Assembly (NCBI RefSeq): GCF_009914755.1
Contig: NC_060938.1
Reading direction: 5' to 3' (one strand)
Length of the DNA stretch: 64,000 nucleotides
Source: the human T2T-CHM13v2.0 reference genome, Homo sapiens
Below, in pieces: positions 54,276 to 64,000 of the stretch. The notes beneath the pieces were generated by a model. That model did no database searches. It was not told where the DNA came from and was given only the letters and a program-made list of their open reading frames with translations. The translations under genes were made by a program, and so were the position numbers. Within the stretch, counting starts at the first letter, position 1. Every line of letters starts with the position of its first letter.

Positions 54276-55030
54276 GCACAGGTGATAAACTGCATACGTC
54301 AAAATGTAATACTCCTACACATTAAAAGACACCATAAATGATGTAAAAAAGATAAACCACAACTTCTTAAAGACCACTGCCACCCATGTAGCCAAAAAAG
54401 CATACAAGATTATAAAGTGAACGTCTATAGCTCTTTAAGAAAATACAAACAACACAATGAAAAAACGAGCCAAGGATAAGATCAGACAATTTATAGAAGA
54501 AAGAACCTAAATGTCCAAGAAAAAACAAATATGAGAATGTGTTCAACCTCATTAGTAATTAAGAAAATGCAAATGAAAACATATTTTGCACCCTATTAGA
54601 CAAGAATCACACATCAGTTAAAAATGAATGGGTAAACTAGATCTAAATATTTTCTTATGGATAAGAAAGGTGGAAACAACCCAAATGTTCATTAACTGAT
54701 GAATGCATAAATAAAATGTGCTACATATACATTACATATACACTCAAAAACAATGTTGAGTTTAAAAAGTTAAGTTTCAGCTCACTTATAGAATAAACAG
54801 ACATTTGTGTAAAGTTTAAAAACACATAAACTGAAGCAAATATTTTTATGAATACAGACATCTGTAGTAAAGGTACAAAAACTCAGAAGGACAGATACCC
54901 AGTAACTTCCTGATGACAGCTGTCTCTGGGGACGGAGGGACAGGAATAGAGTAAGGGTGGCACAGAAGAGGAGTTGTCCCTTATTTTCATTTATTAAAAA
55001 CAAAGTAAAACAAACAAACAAACAAACATC

Positions 55031-55186
55031 TGGAATCCCAGCACTTTGGGAGGCCAAGGTGGGAGGATCACTTGAGCCCAGGAGGCTGAGGCTGCAGTGA
55101 GCTGTGATCACGTCACTGCACTCTAGCCTGGGTGACAGAGCAAGACCCCATCTATTTTAAGAAAAAAAAAAAGAAAGAAAAAAAAA
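55031..55186 (+). mobile_element. Alu monomer (FAM/FRAM-like or internally deleted AluJ)
   Basis: Single arm with A-rich tail. Confidence 0.8.
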
Positions 55187-56889
55187 CTGAAGCAAATAAA
55201 ACACATTGTTGATATTTGTTAATTCTGAATAGCGGGCACCTATGCCTTTATTGTATACTTTCCATGCTTTCTGTGAGTCTGAAATTTTTTAGAATTAAAA
55301 AACTAATAGTCTATTAATGTGGAGAAATAAGACACAAGTCTGCAAAGATGAAGTATATAAATGTGTAAATTTTGCTACGGTGAGGAAATTGACTAAACGT
55401 TTATGTGTGAGAGAGAGAAAAAGAGAGAGAATGGCAGATATTTCCTGCATTGAAAGTTGCCAAGTTGGGTTTATTTGAAGAGACCTCATAATGACAACTT
55501 TGGTGACACTCCCTAGTCAGGGATCTCTGGATAGGGCAGGGCCCAGAGACTTGGACATTTGCTCAGGACAGTGCGCGCTGCAATCGACTAAGGCTGCTTT
55601 CTGTTGCTGCCAAGCAACAAAATTCAGAACAAAAACTGTTACCCACTTCTGATTCATCCAATATTTTTTATAGTCCATGGGTTCATGTTACGTGCTTATT
55701 GGCTTAAATTTATTTATTTAAATAAATAAAATTATAAAGTTTAAAATAAACCTAAACTTAAATAATGGTTTAGGTATATTTTAAACCTAAAATATAAGCC
55801 ATAATATTATAGGTTGGATCAATGTTTTTTAGACTACGTTTGCTATTCTAATCACAACTGGGAAAAAGTGATCCCTAGCCCATTTGCTTTTGAGGCTCTT
55901 GCCTGACACCAGTTCATGTTTTCTGAAGAATACCAAAAGGAAAATGTTACCACCACTCACTCATTTAACAAATGATCTGCTGTTGATTTTCTGGGCTGCA
56001 GATTCTGTGTTAAACATTTAAACAGCCACACGGAAATGACAACTTACTGACAAAGTTGGCTAAGAAGTTCCATGGTTCCACAGTTCAGATCTCTAAGTAT
56101 GAGTCCACGTTGCCTGCTTGCTCAGCACACAGGAATGCTTAATTTACATGGTACTTTTTTAACTAATAAACACTTCTTTCTAATGCAGGGCTAACTTGCA
56201 GAAGCCTAACTTAGTATTCTTGGGTTTTTTGAACCATATCACAGGAGATAAAGCAGGGAATTCTTTTCCTAAGAATCACTGCAAATTTGTAAATATTGTA
56301 TGTCAGTAAATATGGCATTAAGATGGAATTTCTGTTTGGTAAGATTAGTGACTGTTATTTTCACAGCATGTTCTGACATAAGAAGAGCATACTTATTTTT
56401 TAAGCAGAGTACACGATAAAATGTATAATCCTTTCCCAAATCTCATTATTCAAAATTTTCTAGAACACAGCCTCCTTTGTTAGAATATAACCTTGTGGGC
56501 AGGAAATTTATCCTATTTATTTGGCATACAGGTCGTATCTAGTTAGCAGCTGTTGTGAATAGTGCCAACGCCAGATAATTACATGGATTATGGACTGCAT
56601 TATCTAATCAAGAATCAAGATGCATGCCCTATCTTTTGCTCTTAAAAGATGGCATGAGAAAAACAAACAAAAAAAATGGAAGTAAAATATTAGGATTCTA
56701 ATAACTCCCCAATCAAGAAAACTGTGTTTTTGCACATGAAGAAATAAGTGTGGTCATTGTGATTTTGGAAAAATATATAATCTCACACTAAGAACAGTAA
56801 TGTAAACAGCACATGGACAATTAGCTATAAATCTCTAGAAAGCAATTCTTTATACTGAAGGACAAGAACCAAGATATTAATATTTATGG

Positions 56890-56891
<2 letters not shown>

Positions 56892-56921
<30 letters not shown>
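56892..56921. repeat. (AC)15 microsatellite
   Basis: Direct read. Confidence 0.95.
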
Positions 56922-56925
<4 letters not shown>

Positions 56926-57182
56926 CAAGAAACATGATGTGGTATGGCCTTGAACCTTGGGTTTGGCTGGCCAACCAAGGGGAAAACCCCTGACCCAAGC
57001 TGTCCTGGGCACATTCTCTTTTTGGTATTTGGAAATGGAGACGAGAAAGCTGAGTCAGAATCTACGTGTGTGACAGTCCCTGCCATGTGTAAGCTTGGGC
57101 ATTCTGGGGAGGCCATGTTTTGCTCTGTGAACTAAAGGGCAGAAAAAGCCATTCAGTAAAGAGAAACAAAGGAGATGAGTGC

Positions 57183-57621
57183 TGTATAATCTCCTGTTGC
57201 TGCTGTAACAAATTACCACAAACTTAATGGCTTAAGACATACAGATGTGTGATCTTACAGTGCTGGAAGTCAGAAGTCTAAAATTGGCTGGCCGTTTGCA
57301 TTCTTTCAGAGGCGATAGGAGAAATTCTATTTCCTTGCTTTTTCCATCTGAGGCTGCCTGAATTCCTTGGCTTATGGCTACATCACTCCACTCTGCTTCC
57401 ATTGGTCACATCTTCTCTGACTCTGACCTTCTTACCCGCTTCTAAGGACTCTTGTGATTACACTGAGCTCACCTGGATAATCCAAAATAAATTCTCCATC
57501 TCAAGATATTTAATTTAATTGCAAGGTTCCTTTTGCTATATAAAGTAGCATTTTACAAGTTCCAGGAATTAGGACACCTTATGTGTGGTGGGGGACGGGG
57601 GGGTCATTATTTGCCTACCAT
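57183..57621 (-). mobile_element. MLT1 (A-C-like) MaLR LTR
   Basis: gctgctgtaacaaattaccacaaactt...ggaagtcagaagtc...gattacactgagctcacctggataatcc...cattatttgcctacca. Confidence 0.85.
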
Positions 57622-58136
57622 AAAAGCTCAAGGAGGAACAGTGATGACAGGTTCCAATAAAATGAAAAGTTCCAGTAGCAAGCCATTCCTGCATTTCTGC
57701 TCTTGGATGCCATGACACACTCTTATACTCCTGTAAGAAGCCTTTTGGGCAACAGCTGCCTGAGTGCTCTGTTGACATGAATTCTGAAGACTTATTGGAA
57801 TGTCATGATGAGTGAATGAATGTCTGCCAGGGCACCAAACAAGGAGAGCTATCTCATATGTGTCACAAATTCGCCATCCTTGCTCAGGATTAGAAGTTGT
57901 AGAATTAGTATGGCTGGGTGTAAAGAATCATTTTGTTCATTATAAAAAGGGGGCTTAAACTATGAACATTTAAATCCTTGTTAATAGTACCAGAACCTTA
58001 ATTAAGGGCTATTTGCCTCAGGAGCCTGTCTGTAATCTCAGGAGCTGAGAGTAGGTAGGCCACATGTTACCATGCACTAGATGCATAGCACTTAGGAAAA
58101 AAATCAACTTGATGATTTTGCTACATAACACCTCTC

Positions 58137-58203
58137 CCTTTGAACAAAACAGTTGCTGTTTGGGGTCCCAGATCACAAACCTTTGAACAAAACAGTTGCT
58201 GTT
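58137..58203. repeat. 24-bp perfect direct repeat with 19-bp spacer
   Basis: CCTTTGAACAAAACAGTTGCTGTT at 58137-58160 and 58180-58203. Confidence 0.95.
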
Positions 58204-60433
58204 CAGAATCACTGATCACGGACCTTAGGATCGCATCATACGGCTCCTCCTAAGTAGCATGGCCACAGGCAGGAGGCAATCTGTCTCACTAGGCAAAGCA
58301 TTTTTCCATGTCAGAGCATTTGCTCACAAGAGAAGGCCATTGGTTTCAGCAACCCAAAGTTTTCTTTCTGTCAGTTTTGTTTAGTGCCCTGTGCCAGGAG
58401 CTCACTTATGCCTGTATCCTTGGCTCAATTTAATAGGGAATTCTGCCCTGAGTGACACTTAATAACCTCAGTAACCGCTAGCTCCAGTGTTCTCAGTGAC
58501 TTCATAGTGCTGAAATTACATCGTCACATTCACACCAGCTAGAAACAAAGATAAGCCCAAGATGGCACAGAATTCATGAGGAGCCGAAGGGTGAGCTGGA
58601 GGGTATGGCTACGTTTTTTAAACGGCATCAAGAACTCAACCTGTCTCTCAGAATCAGTGAGAGCACTTAAAAGGAGAGGAGCCAGACTAAATAACTCACC
58701 AGGCAGACCTCCTCTGCTTAACTGCCTTGAAGTTTTCCCTTCCTGAAGAATTCTTTCCTCTCTGAAGATTTAAGGAGGCACATGTGATCTAATCCCCCAC
58801 ACTAGCTTCTAAACCCTGTAGAATGAGTGTTTACAAAGTAGAATCTTTTACTAGATATTGTAAAAGAGATGTCTGTGTGTGTGTTTTGCCAAGAAATTAA
58901 AATCCAGTCTTTGCCAAGGAGCATAAATATACTTGGCAGAATCCAGAGGCTCAGTAGCAAAGATAAAAGTAATTGTTCCCTTCAGCCAATTGCTCACACT
59001 TATTACAAAACATTTATCTTCCCCCAGGGTGGATTTTCTCCTCTGATGCCGTCTGGCCCAGGAAGACATCATCCTCCGCCCTGGAGGGCCCATGAGATGC
59101 TCAGGGCCACATCAGTACATTTCTATGCAGCTCCAGATAGGTACAACCCACAGAGTACAATTACTGACCTGAAACATTTCATCTCTCAGGGATGTGATAT
59201 TTTCCCCTCCAGTAATGATCAACTTTTAAGAAAGACATTTATATTTTAACTATGTCATTCTTTCCAGTGCTTTAAAACCTGATTTGATTTTCTTCAGCTC
59301 TCTGGGCTTTATATAAATGTCAGTAAACTGAATGGGCTGTCAACACCTAGATTAATGATTGGCTAACAGGAGATTTCTTGGTTTTATATTCAGTGAAGCA
59401 ACTCAGGGACTGTAAGCACTGTGGTGCTTTTACGATTTTTCCCTTAACCCTTTTATGCCCCTAAAGACGTATCACCCTGGGAGAAAAACAACCACAGTGG
59501 TCTGATTCTGAGTAAAACCTCTCTGTTCTTCCTTTTCCTGTGCGGTGTGCCCCAAACCAACTAATTATCAGAAAACTAAAATGTTGATACACCCAAATTT
59601 AAACTGGTTAAAACTTTTTAACACAATTTGAAGGTCAAAACAAGTCTAACATTTCAACAAAAACTTGTGCCATCATCAGTAACTAAAATTTAATAATACT
59701 TGGCAGTGAATTCAATTTACTCTGTGTACTTGACAATACTACAGCTGCGTTTCTTTCTAAAATAGCCTCTAAAACGTTTCAAATAACGCAATTGCTCATT
59801 TGTTTAGAACTATAGTTGTTTGTGTACTTATCTTACTTTTCTCTTGAATTGTGTGTTCCTGGAAGGGAGACACTTCAAAGCATTGCACAAGGAAACCAAA
59901 CATGCATCAGACATAATCCCTGTCGTTCAGGACTTGAAAACACAAGAGATGAGAACTTCACACAAACAGCCATCCCCATCTTCTAATGGTCCTCTTCTTT
60001 TTCTCCTTGCACCCCACTGCTACACTTGCAAAAAACACAAACATTGCTTATTATTTATTAAGTGGCTCTTTTCAAAAACTTCTACAAAAAAAGCCGTCCC
60101 TCCAGATCCTTTTGAAAAAGAGTAATCCACATTATAAATCATTCCTATAAATCATCATAATAACATATAATGAGGTTACTATTTGGGATTTTTTGAGCAG
60201 AGAGGTAGAGTAGAAAGAGCAAAGAAGGAAGTCTCTTCAGAGAATGACTAAAGTAAGCCATTTGGCAATGTTGTTAACATTGTAGCTCACATTTTATATA
60301 AAAGCTAGACACTACAGATTTTAGATTATAAATTATTTTTAAAAATCAAACATCCTGGGGAAATGTTTTTAATACATTAATAATATTATTGTCAAGGTCT
60401 TTTCCCACAAAACCACAAATAAAAGAGTATAAA

Positions 60434-60756
<323 letters not shown>

Positions 60757-60994
60757 TCATGGCCTGACAAGTAGTTATACAAACCAGAATTTCTTTTAAT
60801 AAACCAAGAAAGTCAAATTTATTCCAGGAAAAAAAAGTAAGATGCAAACAAGTCAAAATCTATCACTAAGATTTTTAGATAATAAAGACACTTAAGAGTA
60901 ACTATTTTCCACCTTCTTTAGCAAACTTAGTAAATCAAAACTTGGATTTACACAAACAATAACCTATGAAGTGCCTTGATAATATATGAAGTGA

Positions 60995-61301
60995 GGCCAC
61001 ACGCAGTGGCTCATGCCTGTAATGCCAGCACTTTGGGAAGCCAAGGCAGAAGGATTGCTTCAGCCCAGGAGTTCGAGACCAGACTAGGCAACATGGTGAA
61101 ACTCTGTCTCTATAAAAAATATAAAAATTAGCTAGGCATAGTGCCGTGTGCCTACAGTCCTAGCTACTTGGGAGGCTGAGGTGGGAGGATCAATTAAGCT
61201 GGGAGGTCGAGGCTGCAGTGAGCCATGATTGTGCCACTGCACTCCAGCTTGGGTGACAGGGAGAGACCCCATCTTTCTCTCTCTTTCTCTCTCTCTCTCA
61301 C

Positions 61302-61332
<31 letters not shown>
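60995..61332 (+). mobile_element. Alu (AluJ-like) followed by compound (CT)n(GT)n microsatellite
   Basis: Full dimer; tail position is occupied by CT/GT repeats at 61272-61332. Confidence 0.9.
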
Positions 61333-62694
61333 AGTGAAATTTAAGTATCTAACTTTTCTAGTTTTACTAAGCAGTTTATAAATGTAATTTTAGGATTACA
61401 TGTGCTAAGTAAAACAAAGTACATCATAACAGAAAAGAGCCTCCCTTATGAGTAAAACACAGATCTTCCAAGATTTTAGCAAAAAAGAAAAGTCCCCAGG
61501 AAGTCATTCCAGAATGGGAGTCTGCTAAGGTTTTCCTCATATTGATTCCCACTGAAGCTCTGACTCAAGAATGAACACTCTTCCCTATCCCCTCCCTGCC
61601 CCATTCCCTATTTCCCTTTGACCCATTTAATATTTTCTTTTAGACTTATAAATGCATATACTTGTGTTGCTTTTCATTTTGTAGTGGTTTTTGCTTGATA
61701 TATTTTAAAACTTAACTAAATAAGAGAGAACATAAGAAATAATTATGGAAAATCAAAACTCTAAAAACAGGCACATTTCCAAAGTACATATTTCTGATCC
61801 TAAAATAAACTCTCTCTAACCCTAAAGGACCAGTAATTCTTTGCAGTCACCTTACCCAGCTCCCATCTTTTCCAGTTCCCTGCATTTCCCAAGTTAGCTG
61901 AGAAGTCTTGGAATCTATACTAATAAGAACCAATCTTAGAAAATAGTTCTTAGACACAAAATTTGACCCTTTCCTTTTATTTCCTTTCTTTAAATTTCCT
62001 TCACCTGTAAGCCTGCACTTAAGCCCAGTTTCCCATCTAAGAAACACAACTGATTAATGGGGACATGGTGATTAGAATAATTAATTATCCACCTCTTTCT
62101 AGCCCAAAAGTTACAAGTTCAGTCCACCTTCGGAGGAGGCTGTGATTCAGTGGCAAGTCACTAAGTATACAGCCAAATGTGTGATATCCCTAAACTGGAC
62201 AACAGCCATTGCATACACACAATGTTATGTCTTACTCCACACTACTGGCTTTGGAGGCCATGGAACTCAGGGGGACTCAGCCTGCTCAGGTCTTATCCAC
62301 AAACCACTCCCAACAGCTGAATAAAAGGAAGACAAAGCCCCTCAAGACTGCAGGAACAGAAGACACAAACACTTGATGAGAAAAGAGCCATAGGGCTGAC
62401 TATTTGAACCGCAAAGGAGTTGTGGGAGGAAGTCATTGAGAAATGAAACTCAGATTAACAGCCCAGGACAAACTGGAATTTGACTACATGTTTATGACTC
62501 AACATGGAATGCTACCAGATTTTTTTCATGGACGTTTATTCACATCTGAAACATAAACTAGCAAGAAAAAAATCCAACAACAAAAAAATAGCAACAGACT
62601 CCCAGTAATTAGAATAATTTCTAGATTTCTGCTTTTTGTAGAAAAACTACAGTTTGAGAGTAATACTGTGAGGAAGACAGCAGAAGTCAAAGAT

Positions 62695-63178
62695 TTGTGA
62701 GTGGTCATTTTTTCAGATGGGTTCTCTTTTCTCTTTTTTGTTGGTGTCCCATCCATATCCCCTCAACATTCACCTCATCGGAAACTCCCAGCCCTTGTGG
62801 CTCTCCACTTTATGGCTTTCTTCCTAGTCAGGGAGTTAGCCACACTACAAGTCAAGTCACAAGTGTCAGAGTTCATGACCCTGAGTAATCCTCAGTCCAA
62901 TGTAAGATGAGTAGTTGGTAGATAAATACTCTAACTTCCTCACTCCTCGGTTGGTATAACTTTGAGGCCGGTTCTACACTGGATGCCAGGGTTCCCCAGG
63001 GGGATTGAGCTCTGCCTGCCCACAGTAGTAACCCCATAACACACCGTTTAAAGGCTGCCTTCCCCTCCCATCTTACTTCTCCAGTTCCCCATTGGTATTT
63101 CCTGGGATCATTTCCCTCCCCAAATTACTCGTACCCAAATCTTTAGAGTTTGTTTCTGAGGGGACCCAAATTAAGACA
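62695..63178 (+). mobile_element. LTR16-like ERVL LTR
   Basis: gggattgagctctgcctgcccacagtagtaacc...tcccaaattactcgtacccaaatc...tttctgaggggacccaaattaagaca. Confidence 0.6.
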
Positions 63179-63369
63179 GGGTCTTGGCTGACCCTTGTCT
63201 CACTGAGCCAAACATGAATGGCATGGCAAATCCACGTAATACCATGAAACAAGTCCCTAGGTAGCGCAGAACAGGTGTGCTTCTGTTCAATCATCTCACA
63301 TCTGGCATCATGAAGGCTCAGTGGGATGGGTAAAGGTGGACTGGTGCCAATGTAACCAAAGCATCAAGT

Positions 63370-64000
63370 TATGAAGATTATGTAAACATTGATTCTGCAC
63401 AGCATTGGCGAGTGTGTGAGAAAACAGGCATTCTCACTCAACCTTCATTGAAGTGGGAAATGTTACAATTCTTTGAAGGCACTATCTATCAAAACTTTGA
63501 ATGTGTGTATAGACTTTGGCCCCCAAACTCCTCTTTTAGGAATTTATTCTGTAAAAATACTTGCACATGTATGTCTAGGAATTTTCATCATAGCATATTT
63601 AAAATAACAAAACAATTTCCACCAAAAGGAGACTGAATAAATTGTGGTGCATTCATATAATGGAATAATTCATAGCCTTTTAAAAATGAGATAAATCTAT
63701 ATGTATTCAGGTAGAATATCTCCAAGATACATTTTAAAAATGAAAAAGTAAATTACAAAACATAGTCTTTTTTGTTTTAAAAAATTGTATATAAAGTAAA
63801 CCAGAACATATAGAAAGCCATACTGTGTTTTAGACAGGAAGACTCAACATGATAAAGATGTCGGTTTCAAGTTATTTCATAAATGCAATGCAATCTTAGT
63901 AATTAAAAAAATGACATGAAGTTTCTTTTCTGGAGCTAGACAAATTAATTCTAAACTTCATGCTAAAAATAAATAAATAAACAGGCAAGAATAGCCAGGA
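63370..64000 (+). mobile_element. Old L1M fragments
   Basis: aataaattgtggtgcattcatataatggaata; ggaagactcaacatgataaagatgtc; ctagacaaattaattctaaacttcatatg. Confidence 0.7.

Overview
Primate (human-type) genomic DNA containing one complete protein-coding gene, PTGER2 (prostaglandin E2 receptor EP2, 358 aa, + strand). It has two coding exons (21644-22486 and 34315-34548) split by an 11.8-kb phase-0 GT-AG intron after TM6, a TATA-less CpG-island promoter, and a ~1.15-kb 3'UTR with two AATAAA signals. The rest of the window is interspersed repeats and microsatellites: 19 Alu/monomer copies, L1 and L2 remnants, MIRs, LTRs (MER11, MER50, MER21, MLT1, MLT2, LTR33-like, LTR16-like) and DNA transposons (Tigger3, MER3, MER33). 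Nearly all other tracked ORFs are repeat-derived or GC-shadow artefacts. Most notable unexplained structures: (1) a ~0.7-kb A/C-rich array ~10.4 kb downstream of the gene, with an 89-bp higher-order period and 12 exact sense-strand TACTAAC (branch-point/SF1/QKI) motifs; (2) a leader region with an overlapping uORF whose internal splice donor would join in frame to exon 2, plus an acceptor 10 nt before the main ATG; (3) unusual insertion and repair scars: a 32-bp perfect palindrome inside an Alu, a tail-less internal L1 fragment with a 9-bp flanking repeat, a possible ~175-bp target-site duplication and a 76-bp locally copied patch; (4) a 24-bp duplicated TCF/LEF-containing module. Repeat subfamily names come from recalled consensus similarity, not a database search, and repeat boundaries are approximate.
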